Made by a program: the position numbers and the translations under genes. A model generated the notes under the pieces. It saw only the letters and a list, made by a program, of their open reading frames with translations, searched no databases and was not told the origin of the DNA. 37,409 bases of DNA from a virus. Taxonomy: Duplodnaviria > Caudoviricetes. Shown here piece after piece: positions 1 through 8,415 of the stretch (the stretch's first letter is position 1; the number at the start of each line of letters is the position of its first letter). The stretch is from positions 1 to 37,409 of the IMG/VR virus record IMGVR_UViG_3300044580_000163. One strand, written 5' to 3'.

Positions 1-126
1 TTTGCACATATACCCTGCCCGATTGAAGAATTTGATCAGGTCGTCATCTTCGCCAATACGCAAACGGAGGTGGATGTGCACAGATATTGCAAGTGCACCA
101 TCTTCACGATCATTCTTTGGACTCAT
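1..126 (-). CDS. ParR-like/RHH-like DNA-binding protein, N-terminal 42 codons only (runs off the window)
   Basis: Not in the ORF track; my translation is MSPKNDREDGALAISVHIHLRLRIGEDDDLIKFFNRAGYMCK; ATGA overlap with the parM stop; GGAGG RBS; aligns with the 1105-1317 product. Confidence 0.7.
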   Translation of the reverse strand, partial: MSPKNDREDGALAISVHIHLRLRIGEDDDLIKFFNRAGYMCK

Positions 127-1112
127 ACTTTCCTCCGATTCGCCTGTTGCTTGGCCAGCTTATACAATCCCCGGCTGATCGAAATCACAGGATCATCAGG
201 AATATGTACCCTACCGCTGAAACGTTCCACCAGAAGCTCACGAAGGAGGATGGCTCCCCCACCTACGATGATGAGTTGCGAAAACCTACGCCAGCGCGGT
301 CCCCAGGTCTTTTCAATCTGACCGGTTACCTCACGTGCCCAGACGGGAATTGCCTGACGCACTTCCAGCTTCGATGCCCGCAATTTGGTATCCAACTCGC
401 CCAGGGTATGCAGGTTATCTCCATTGAGCAGTTCCAGCAGCCGGCGTACACCCAGGGTTCGGCCGGCAGTCATCGCCTGAACTACCGTCCGATCGTTGAC
501 CGTCAGGAGTTCCAATGTATTGAAACCGATTGAGATGATCCCCATTTCCTGATTGAAATGAGCCCGCCTTTGCGGAATAAAATGCCCCTCATCATCCAAC
601 AGATAATCAAATAGAGCGCCGGAGGGTTGACTGGTCACTTTCACTTCAGCGATCTGAATTGAGCAATGTTGTCCCTCAGCCTCCCATTCGTGTTCCCCCA
701 CCAACCACCGCTTTACGTTTTCGGCATTGGCGGCTGCCTGATCTCCGGATAAAACTTCCAGGGGAAGACCAACGATCAAATTGATGGGAGTATCGATCAT
801 TCCGAATTGGTTCATGTAGCGGCTGAGAATGCCGTACACAATGGCACGGGTTTCAGGAACACCGGTCATGCGTTCATAATCGAGGTTTTCAATCGGACGT
901 CCCCAGTCATGTGCACCCGGGCCAACGTAGAAATTCATGCCACCGACTCCGACCTTCATGGGTGGTTTTCGATTTCGGAACCCCAGTAACTGGCTGACCT
1001 GTTGGCCTGTATCGACTGCGACGACAGCTTGAAGTTGAATCCCGCCGTGATCGCCATAGAGCTTATTCGCGCCGGCACCAAGATCTTCGCCGAAAAAGAT
1101 AGGCTCACTCAT
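123..1112 (-). CDS. parM: ParM/StbA-family actin-like segregation ATPase
   Basis: Phosphate-1 motif GEDLGAGANK, VGLP, SQPSGA, phosphate-2 variant ISIGFNT, adenosine motif IIVGGGA; 329 aa; GGAGG RBS. Confidence 0.88.
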   Translation of the reverse strand: MSEPIFFGEDLGAGANKLYGDHGGIQLQAVVAVDTGQQVSQLLGFRNRKPPMKVGVGGMNFYVGPGAHDWGRPIENLDYERMTGVPETRAIVYGILSRYMNQFGMIDTPINLIVGLPLEVLSGDQAAANAENVKRWLVGEHEWEAEGQHCSIQIAEVKVTSQPSGALFDYLLDDEGHFIPQRRAHFNQEMGIISIGFNTLELLTVNDRTVVQAMTAGRTLGVRRLLELLNGDNLHTLGELDTKLRASKLEVRQAIPVWAREVTGQIEKTWGPRWRRFSQLIIVGGGAILLRELLVERFSGRVHIPDDPVISISRGLYKLAKQQANRRKV

Positions 1113-1317
1113 GGTTCACCTCCGCTGACCGCTTTTCTAGATCGTTTTGGTGAGCTATACTGAGATACGCATCCATGGCTTCGCACACCCGCCTGGCTAA
1201 GTTACGCCGGGGTGTGGTTTGAATGAAACGTATGAAATTGTTATCCACTCCTGGATAAAGAGTGAAATGGATGGAGAGCACGAGCTTTTCTCTTGCTCGT
1301 TTTGATTGGATCGACAT
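1105..1317 (-). CDS. Small ParR-like/ribbon-helix-helix-like protein
   Basis: 70 aa; beta-strand (LSIHFTL) followed by two predicted helices; AAGGAGG RBS; overlaps the parM start. Confidence 0.6.
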   Translation of the reverse strand: MSIQSKRAREKLVLSIHFTLYPGVDNNFIRFIQTTPRRNLARRVCEAMDAYLSIAHQNDLEKRSAEVNHE

Positions 1318-1398
1318 TTGCGACCTCCTTCATAAGGTTTGGCCGCACCTGTGCGAATTCGAGAAAAACGGGAATGCTGCGAAATTTTTGTGAGTTAC

Positions 1399-1430
1399 CA
1401 AAAAAACGTGCAAAAAACGTGCAAAACGTG
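1399..1430. repeat. Three tandem CAn-CGTG direct repeats, candidate parC centromere/operator
   Basis: caaaaaaacgtg caaaaaacgtg caaaacgtg, about 80 bp upstream of the ParM operon. Confidence 0.55.
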
Positions 1431-1537
1431 TAGATTTAGTGCCAAAAATGGATTTCCTGGACGCTTTTTACCCCCATATATGCTATCTCACATACTCTAT
1501 TCCCCCACATATACGGCATAGACTCCCCAGGACGGTT

Positions 1538-1581
1538 CTTCGAATCAGTAGGTTGGGAGTTCGAGCCTCCCCGGGGGCGCC
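1538..1581 (+). other. 3' half of tRNA-Arg(TCG), att-like core (attP or attR)
   Basis: Anticodon loop cTTCGaa, 3' anticodon stem tcagt, variable loop aggtt, T-arm gggag-ttcgagc-ctccc, acceptor strand cgggggc-g-cc; no D-arm or pairing 5' strand upstream. Confidence 0.85.
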
Positions 1582-1710
1582 TCGACATACGCATAAAATT
1601 TATTACTACAACTTCACGGTTTCATTGAAAAAATCCAAATAACCGGTAATTTTTTATACTTTATCGCAAATTTCCCAGCTTAAAGGATAACATTTTTCCT
1701 ATTATGAATA

Positions 1711-1730
1711 GCTCCGGGTTTCTCCGGAGC
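1711..1730 (-). terminator. Hairpin just after the last late gene, possible terminator
   Basis: gctccgg-N6-ccggagc, 13 bp downstream of the stop at 1744; weak U tract. Confidence 0.45.
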
Positions 1731-1743
1731 CTGATTCAAATCG

Positions 1744-1989
1744 TTACTCTTGTTCATACTTGGGACATTCCATCACTGGTGTCGTCAAATTGTTGGCCAC
1801 ATCAAATTCAAAATTTGCCTGGGCCAACGGACAATTTTCCGAAGCTGGAAGCTCCGGTTTGAAGAATTTACAATGATTATGGCAGAGACAAAACAATCGA
1901 TGCTTGCCCTTTTGTTCTGATAGCACTGCCACCTCACTGCCATGATGAACATATCTTTCCGTATCCTGGTGCACTTGATTGAACTTCAT
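1744..1989 (-). CDS. Small Cys/His-rich hypothetical protein, possibly metal-binding
   Basis: CLCHNHC...C...C pattern; GGAG RBS; follows the upstream gene directly. Confidence 0.75.
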   Translation of the reverse strand: MKFNQVHQDTERYVHHGSEVAVLSEQKGKHRLFCLCHNHCKFFKPELPASENCPLAQANFEFDVANNLTTPVMECPKYEQE

Positions 1990-2001
1990 TTTTCCTCCAG
2001 T

Positions 2002-3345
2002 CTACTCTGGCATTGCTGTGAACAATGCCTTGAGCCCCTCACTCTTGCTCCATAAGAATGACTCTGCAGCACGGAGTGAACGATACCCACTGTTGAATGT
2101 CCAGGCATCATAAGGGACCAACGATCGGATGATCCTGACCAACATACCTGAACCCTCGTCCTCAAATGGGGTCAGCCCCTTCTTGTGGTGCTTATCGCCC
2201 GTATGCCATTCACGATATTTTGACCTTGCCCATTGCTCTGGGTTGTCATTGGCCATAACAAACGGAAGTTTCTCCAGCTTTATGTCATTTCCATGAGTGA
2301 ATCCCAATAAAACGTTCCCATAGACATAATATTTGAAGATCGACGACCTATTGTCGATCGTTACTTGCTTGTTGTTTTGATACCAGGCTGAAAGTACCTC
2401 GCCAAGATAGAATGACCGCTGCTGGTCATGGTTGCCAGGAATGATTAGAACATCCACCGGTGCAATTTGTGAACATTGATCGATCATCGAAACACAGATC
2501 TCGCGCCCACGGCGGAACGTTTTTTGCCAGCGCGTATCTTCCTGCTGTGGAGTTCCTGCCGTGGTCGTATTGAATTTACTATCTACGTTGAAGAAATCAT
2601 TGCCGACCGGGAAAAGGATCCTCTCGACTGAATAATCCTTGACCGCGGCCAGCAACTTCATGAATGCACTCTTGATCAATTTCTCCGAGATCTTGATATC
2701 GTAATTCTCCCCGCTCTCTTCATCCCAGGTAAGGCGACCAAAGTGAAGATCGTACATTGCGATCTCATACAAGCATGGATCTTTCAGTTTTGGATAGACG
2801 ATCTTAGGATATTTTGGAGCGAATTTCTTTGCATCTGCCAATAAATCAACCAGAATATTTCTTGCTTCGATCTCGTTAGATTTTCTTTTGAACCTGACTT
2901 CAATGTGATAAAGGGGAACCACGAGCATCTTACCCGAATCATCAACATCCCCCCGGGTGACTCGGCCCTCCTTTACATGCCAGTCCACTTTGCGGTCTTT
3001 TCGATATCCCTCCGATGTTCGAACCCTGAATCTCTCGATTTCCCATTCGTTCAGGTCAATATTGAACTCATCAACAATATCTTCTTTGCTGAGCATTCTC
3101 CTCGATGCACAGATAACGTTGATGAAATCTTGACCTTGTTCATAGCTTTTTTCTTCCTTGAGGGAGTCATTCTGTGGGCCTTTATTGACATGTCGTTTTA
3201 TATAGAAGCGGATATGATCTCGTACTGCCTCCGGAGAAGGATGGCCGATGGCATCCGCGATCTCTGCGATTGATTTCCCCTCATCCAATAATTTCTTTAT
3301 CCTCGCATCGTTCTCTTCTGTCCATTTCCAATTTCTCTTTGGCAT
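2002..3345 (-). CDS. N-terminal HTH plus calcineurin-like metallophosphoesterase
   Basis: WTEENDARIKKLL...SIAEIADAIG HTH; DLH, GND, GNHD, THG and HTGDKHH motifs. Confidence 0.85.
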   Translation of the reverse strand: MPKRNWKWTEENDARIKKLLDEGKSIAEIADAIGHPSPEAVRDHIRFYIKRHVNKGPQNDSLKEEKSYEQGQDFINVICASRRMLSKEDIVDEFNIDLNEWEIERFRVRTSEGYRKDRKVDWHVKEGRVTRGDVDDSGKMLVVPLYHIEVRFKRKSNEIEARNILVDLLADAKKFAPKYPKIVYPKLKDPCLYEIAMYDLHFGRLTWDEESGENYDIKISEKLIKSAFMKLLAAVKDYSVERILFPVGNDFFNVDSKFNTTTAGTPQQEDTRWQKTFRRGREICVSMIDQCSQIAPVDVLIIPGNHDQQRSFYLGEVLSAWYQNNKQVTIDNRSSIFKYYVYGNVLLGFTHGNDIKLEKLPFVMANDNPEQWARSKYREWHTGDKHHKKGLTPFEDEGSGMLVRIIRSLVPYDAWTFNSGYRSLRAAESFLWSKSEGLKALFTAMPE

Positions 3346-3362
3346 TGACTATTCCTCCCTCT

Positions 3363-4160
3363 CTACCTGATGAAAGGCCTTCTTATCGGCCAGCCTGCCA
3401 ATATTCTTTTCTTCTTCACCACCACCGGCGCGTCCTCGATCGTCACCGGGTGCTGCGGCAGGTTGAACGCACTCCTGCCCGGCACCAGGACCGCCTGCGG
3501 ATCGAAGATCTCGTCCAGGTCGATGTATGGATTGCCGGTGAAGTTGCCGTACAGCTTGCCGCTGCCCTTCCAATCGTATTGGATCCCCGCCGCGGACTTC
3601 CACCCGCCGATCGACGGCATCACCATGGACCCGGAGGCGATCAGCAACGGACAATCGTAAAAATCCTTGTCCATGAGGCTCGCCAGCCAGGGGTTGGTGT
3701 ACATCACCGGAAAATAGTTCGCCAGGCGCCAGATCTCGTAGACCATTGACGCCGTGATCGCCAGGAAGCGGTCCTGAACATGATCTGTCGTGGTATTCGC
3801 GATATGTTCCCAGGCTGCGTTTTGCTCAGCATCGATCATCACCCGCGCGTTGCAGTCATATTTGTAGGCCAACTCGAGCAGGATCTGTCCTTGGCGCTTA
3901 CCCCACTTCACCTCGCCGTGCAGCGGATACGACTTCTGGCAATATTTCACGAACCCGTAAGGTCCGCGATAATCCAATAGACAGGACGACATCGAAAGAT
4001 CATAAGAAATATCGACCGCCTCCCCTTCATTGGATTTGATGAACGCGCCTTCCACGCCCTGGGCGATTGCCTTTTCCCAATCGAAGGGATGGGCGATCAT
4101 TTTCCCCTTCTTCTTGTCATATTCCGATGTGTTGTGGTAGGAAATATCGACGAATTTCAT
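3363..4160 (-). CDS. Endolysin, glycoside hydrolase family 25 muramidase
   Basis: VDISYHN, DW...GVEGAFIKSNEG, catalytic DxE (IDAE), PVMYT, late IDLD. Confidence 0.85.
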   Translation of the reverse strand: MKFVDISYHNTSEYDKKKGKMIAHPFDWEKAIAQGVEGAFIKSNEGEAVDISYDLSMSSCLLDYRGPYGFVKYCQKSYPLHGEVKWGKRQGQILLELAYKYDCNARVMIDAEQNAAWEHIANTTTDHVQDRFLAITASMVYEIWRLANYFPVMYTNPWLASLMDKDFYDCPLLIASGSMVMPSIGGWKSAAGIQYDWKGSGKLYGNFTGNPYIDLDEIFDPQAVLVPGRSAFNLPQHPVTIEDAPVVVKKKRILAGWPIRRPFIR

Positions 4161-4169
4161 GAGCTCCTC

Positions 4170-4781
4170 CTAATCGCTTTCCCAGAGAAAGACCTGGCCG
4201 CCCAGCACGTATTCAATCACCAGCTTTGGTCGGAGCGACGTATCTGTGGTGTAATCTGACGAGCGGTGTGAATAATAGCTGCTGTCTTCGGTGACCATTT
4301 TCAGCAAAAAGCCGTTATTGGTGAACGTCCCATCGATCATTTCCTGAATTTTCGCCGCGGTCAGCGCCATCGTCTTCCAACCGGCAGCCTCTCCGCTCGT
4401 ATAAGCTGCCGATCCGATTTCGGTCTGTTCGCAATCCGCCTCACCAAACCCGCCTGCCGTCCCCCAGCTATTTTCCCCATCATACTTGTTCCATGTGGCT
4501 CCTGCCTCGGTCCAGGCCCGCTTTTGCCGGTAAACCTTGCAGGTATTCGACACATTGCTGTGAGCCTCGTTCATGTAGAGCATCAGGCTTGCAGACGTGA
4601 TCATCGCCCCGGATGGAATGCCGGTGAGGGAAAATTTGATCAGTGTCCGATATACGCCGGTTGTGGAAACGCTTCCGATCCAGAGTGCCGTTGATGTTCC
4701 GTTGTTTGAATTGGCATCATCTTTCTTGATGAAGGTATCCAACCCCGCGGTTGGATCTGGCTGAATCGTCAGAGTGGTCAT
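4170..4781 (-). CDS. DNRLRE-domain (carbohydrate-binding-like) protein, probably virion-associated
   Basis: DTFI, RTLIKFSL, ITSASLMLY, WTEAGATWN, NNGFLL, RPKLVIEY motifs. Confidence 0.8.
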   Translation of the reverse strand: MTTLTIQPDPTAGLDTFIKKDDANSNNGTSTALWIGSVSTTGVYRTLIKFSLTGIPSGAMITSASLMLYMNEAHSNVSNTCKVYRQKRAWTEAGATWNKYDGENSWGTAGGFGEADCEQTEIGSAAYTSGEAAGWKTMALTAAKIQEMIDGTFTNNGFLLKMVTEDSSYYSHRSSDYTTDTSLRPKLVIEYVLGGQVFLWESD

Positions 4782-4784
4782 GGG

Positions 4785-5597
4785 CTACCCATTCACGTAA
4801 TGGAACTCGATATAAAAATCCTTCCAATCGGCATGCGGGGAGGCGTCCATCTGCAAATAAACGTATTTTCCAACAGGCACCGCCGCATTGGTGAACCCGC
4901 TCGTGATCGTTTTAACCCCGTTGGTGGTGTCGATCGCGGCGATCAGCGTGGCATTGGCAAAACCGCCAATATTGACATCGTCGGCGTATTTGAGATCTCC
5001 CTGCAGCTCCGCGGTTGGTGTGGTATCGGACCCGTGGATATGGATCCGGGTGATGACGATCGGGCGGTCGGTCAGCAGGAACACGATCTGGGCGCGCTGC
5101 GCGTAAACCGCCTGCGGATTCGAAACGAAACCGCGGATCCGGTGCTTCTCTGGCTGCATCACCTTCCAGCTCGTGCTGGTGGGCATGAACACGCACATCG
5201 TTCCCCGCGTCACGTAACCGATCACATTGGTGTCGGCGTCTTCGACCGTGAGCGTTTCGGTGGCATCCGCGGTGTTCAAGATGAAGAACGCATGATTGGA
5301 TGCGGCGGAGAGCTCCGGCAGCGTCACCACCCTGTCCGCCCCGCCCGGATCGATGAGCTGGTAGAGATAGTTCTCATCCGCCAGCGCCAGGGTTCCCGTC
5401 AGGGTCTGCGCTTCAGAATTCGCGGCATTGAGCGAACCGAGGCCTGTGGCGCCGAGCACCAGGGCGCGGAAGGTCGCGCCGGTCATTGAATAGAGTTTTC
5501 CGCCCTGGTCCTGGTCCCCTTCGATCAGGATCAGATCGGAGTCGGCAAGCGTCTCCAATAATGGATAGTGACTGAATCGATAACCCGTAGGTGCCAT
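4785..5597 (-). CDS. Putative tail fibre/receptor-binding protein
   Basis: Position in tail-tip cluster; Thr/Gly/Ala-rich beta character; VVTLP...FFILN motif. Confidence 0.6.
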   Translation of the reverse strand: MAPTGYRFSHYPLLETLADSDLILIEGDQDQGGKLYSMTGATFRALVLGATGLGSLNAANSEAQTLTGTLALADENYLYQLIDPGGADRVVTLPELSAASNHAFFILNTADATETLTVEDADTNVIGYVTRGTMCVFMPTSTSWKVMQPEKHRIRGFVSNPQAVYAQRAQIVFLLTDRPIVITRIHIHGSDTTPTAELQGDLKYADDVNIGGFANATLIAAIDTTNGVKTITSGFTNAAVPVGKYVYLQMDASPHADWKDFYIEFHYVNG

Positions 5598-5607
5598 AAT
5601 TCCTCCG

Positions 5608-6183
5608 TTACGAGATTCTCATGATATAGAACAGTTTGATGAATGGCGGCAGGTTGCTTTGTGTGTCGGTATCTCCCACGCCGTGACTGTGTTCACCCGC
5701 CGATCCGGTCGTGAAAGAATAATTATGGGTGTGACCCCCAGACGCAACTGCATATGAACTGGCAGCGACTGTCACTGTTCCCGATGGAACTCCAACAGCT
5801 CCGGATCCTGCATGTGAATGGCCACTTGCCGTGCCGGTTCTTGGATTCTGATGTGAGTGTGTTTCAGAACCTCCTGAATCATTCACGTCGTCATCGACCG
5901 ACGCTCCAAAGACAAATAATCCACGTAAATCTGGCGTACCATTATTCCCGTCGCAGACCGCCCAACCGCTCGGGATCTCCCCCTGGCTTTTCGGCCAAAC
6001 GATGATGCCTCCCACCGGCACGTTGGTCGGTTCTGTCAACCCGCCGATCTCCAACCCTTCAAGGACGGCGACCCTGGCATTCAAGTTCCGTAAATTGCCT
6101 ACCATGGTGTTATAGTCGACCGGCATCATGTTGTAACCGGCGGCTCGAGTCTCGAGTTCAACAAATGGAGGTATATCGCCCAT
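5608..6183 (-). CDS. Tail collar-domain fibre protein with HxH motifs
   Basis: PVGGIIVW...PSGWAVCDGNNGTPDLRGLF; four HxH motifs; NLPPF..LFYIM end. Confidence 0.88.
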   Translation of the reverse strand: MGDIPPFVELETRAAGYNMMPVDYNTMVGNLRNLNARVAVLEGLEIGGLTEPTNVPVGGIIVWPKSQGEIPSGWAVCDGNNGTPDLRGLFVFGASVDDDVNDSGGSETHSHQNPRTGTASGHSHAGSGAVGVPSGTVTVAASSYAVASGGHTHNYSFTTGSAGEHSHGVGDTDTQSNLPPFIKLFYIMRIS

Positions 6184-6184
6184 A

Positions 6185-6760
6185 TCAATCTATCCTTCCG
6201 ATGTAGTAAAGCCTTTTATACGGTGGCAGGTTACTCACATAATTGGTATTACCTAAAGAATGTTTATGCCCACCCGCCTGCGAGGTGGTTCTTGTGCTTG
6301 TAGTATGAGTATGTGTTGAATTAGCTACTAACGTGTAGCTAGCTGATGGAGATTGCCGATTTATGGTACTACTTGGTTTTCCCGTTTTTACTGAATAGCT
6401 ATGACTATGGTCTCCAATAACGGATACAGCCCCATTATCATGACAATGCTGTGAGTACCCACCGGTGGATAAAACTTCAATATCACTCTCCGCTCCCATC
6501 AAAAACATACCTCGTAAATCCGGCAATCCATTTGTCCCATCACAGATTTTCCACCCATCAGGCACCTGGCTTGCTAACCCACACCATAAAATGATTCCTG
6601 TTTTCGGAAGGTTGGTATCTCCACCTGAATTGTTTTCCATTGCGAAAATACGCGCGTTCAGGTTCGCCTCCAGGTCTTTCAGGAGGTTCCAGTCATCCTC
6701 GGAGACAAAAAACTCCGAAGGTAATAGCTTCTCTTCAGGATCCTGCCATTCGATTGTCAT
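6185..6760 (-). CDS. Second tail collar-domain fibre protein (paralogue)
   Basis: PKTGIILW...PDGWKICDGTNGLPDLRGMF; HxH motifs; NLPPY..LYYI end; also 191 aa. Confidence 0.88.
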   Translation of the reverse strand: MTIEWQDPEEKLLPSEFFVSEDDWNLLKDLEANLNARIFAMENNSGGDTNLPKTGIILWCGLASQVPDGWKICDGTNGLPDLRGMFLMGAESDIEVLSTGGYSQHCHDNGAVSVIGDHSHSYSVKTGKPSSTINRQSPSASYTLVANSTHTHTTSTRTTSQAGGHKHSLGNTNYVSNLPPYKRLYYIGRID

Positions 6761-8415
6761 AATGCAAACCCCAAAATGGTTGTGCTGCCCAGCTCAGACC
6801 TGCCGGGAATGCCCAGTTTCCAAAATTGATAAGTGTCCAGCATGAGCGGTCTCAAAAAGTATTGCCGGTAGATCAGCTTGCCATCGCGCTTGGTTTTGAT
6901 CCCCTGGATGATGTAATCCTCATTGATGGCGTAATCGTCATTCTGCAGGTGTACGCGGTGGCCGATATCCCACCACATCAGCAGCCCGGCGTGCTGCACC
7001 GAGTCGTTCGCGCAGATCGTGATGCTGCGATAATGGTTTGTGTTCGGTTTATTGAGCCTGGCCGAAAGGATGTCCACGAAGTTCTTTGTCTTCGATGGAT
7101 CGGTGACGAATTTTTGTTCGAGCGTGATCGCTTTGACCCCATTGTGCGCGAAATCTGCGTCAAAGGCATCCGCGTGATATTCAATGGGGTTGTATGCTTT
7201 GATCGCGCGTCCCTTGACCACCAGACCGGGTAAAATGTAACCGTCCACCAGACCGGTGTTCGTGATCGTCAAGGTCCCCCCCTTCGTATCTTTTGTCAGG
7301 GTGATGGTCATATCGGCGCTCATATCCGTGCCGGTTCCGTCCGCCAGGGTGTTAAGAAATGCGTCCGTATTGGGCACCGGCGTATCCACATCCTTGCCGC
7401 AGATGCTCGTGGCCAGGTTGTCCGGGTCCTTCCAGGTCACGTAGATCACCTGGCTCTCTCCAGCCTTCAATTCGAGGGCATTATCCAGGGTGAAAAGCAC
7501 GATCGTTTCGGTTCCTACATCCTTCGGGTAGCATTTACCGACCACGCGGTTGGCAAAATTATCCCCGGTGACGATATCCGGCTCCCCCACCAGTCCGTGG
7601 ATCGCGGTAACGTCCACCTGCTCGGCGCCCAGGATCCAATTCCCGTGTTCGTCGCATGGATAATCACCGTATTCATCCTCGATGCGCCCCAAAAAGCGGC
7701 TATGCTGCGGCACGGTGTAAAGCGGGATAACGTTGGTCCGGTAATCGCGTCCCTCAATGATCAATTCCTCATCGATCTCCGCGCCGTGGTTCAAATAGGC
7801 GTACCCCATCTCAGACAGGGCGCCGCGCAGCAACTCAGCCATGCCGGTGACGTTCTCTCCGATGATGTCATGGTAGGTCGCGAAGGTATCCACCAACCCT
7901 TTGAATGAAACGGCTTCCGGTTTCAATTCCTCAGCGTCGATCACATCCTGCGCCAGGTCTCCAAAGGTGCCATTTTCGCCAACATCTTCAAACTCGATCG
8001 GCGCCGTTGCCAGGATATACATGTAATCGTATGAGACCAGCTTCACTGATTTGAACTCGAGTCCGCCGCCCTTCGGGATGATGCCGCCTTTCGGGATGTA
8101 GGTTTTCATGTCGGTGCGCCAGCGCCCGTCATAGAAATATCGCACCCGGATCCGTCCTCCCAGGCCGATCCCCGGCATCGCGTTCGCGTGGCCCGGCGTG
8201 TAATAATCCGAGACTCCCCCAATGCAGTTGGCGTCGTTCCTCAGGGTGAGCGCGTTGGTGCCGCTGCCCGCCACCCGGTTGGTTGGGTTGTTATCGAACA
8301 TGCCGCGGCTTTGGGTATCGCTCCCATCGATCACATCCGGAGTGATATCCACCCAGACCCCGCCAACCGTGGTTTGGAGTTCGTAAACTTGCAGCGGATA
8401 TTCGCTCTCAGGCAT
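6757..8415 (-). CDS. Tail tip/hub protein
   Basis: 552 aa directly after tape measure; WVDITPDV near the start; WKLG...LGSTTILG C-terminus. Confidence 0.7.
   Translation of the reverse strand: MPESEYPLQVYELQTTVGGVWVDITPDVIDGSDTQSRGMFDNNPTNRVAGSGTNALTLRNDANCIGGVSDYYTPGHANAMPGIGLGGRIRVRYFYDGRWRTDMKTYIPKGGIIPKGGGLEFKSVKLVSYDYMYILATAPIEFEDVGENGTFGDLAQDVIDAEELKPEAVSFKGLVDTFATYHDIIGENVTGMAELLRGALSEMGYAYLNHGAEIDEELIIEGRDYRTNVIPLYTVPQHSRFLGRIEDEYGDYPCDEHGNWILGAEQVDVTAIHGLVGEPDIVTGDNFANRVVGKCYPKDVGTETIVLFTLDNALELKAGESQVIYVTWKDPDNLATSICGKDVDTPVPNTDAFLNTLADGTGTDMSADMTITLTKDTKGGTLTITNTGLVDGYILPGLVVKGRAIKAYNPIEYHADAFDADFAHNGVKAITLEQKFVTDPSKTKNFVDILSARLNKPNTNHYRSITICANDSVQHAGLLMWWDIGHRVHLQNDDYAINEDYIIQGIKTKRDGKLIYRQYFLRPLMLDTYQFWKLGIPGRSELGSTTILGFAL

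Noticed and set aside
1505-1581. Intact tRNA-Arg gene
   Set aside because: No D-arm or GCCCCCG-like 5' acceptor strand, and the bases before the anticodon loop do not pair with tcagt
3349-3654. Alternate-frame ORF within the endolysin as an embedded spanin
   Set aside because: No lipobox, signal peptide or TM segment; composition typical of a shadow frame
5608-6760. Diversity-generating retroelement or invertible tail-fibre switch
   Set aside because: No reverse transcriptase, no near-identical TR/VR pair, and both genes have the same orientation with no flanking inverted sites seen
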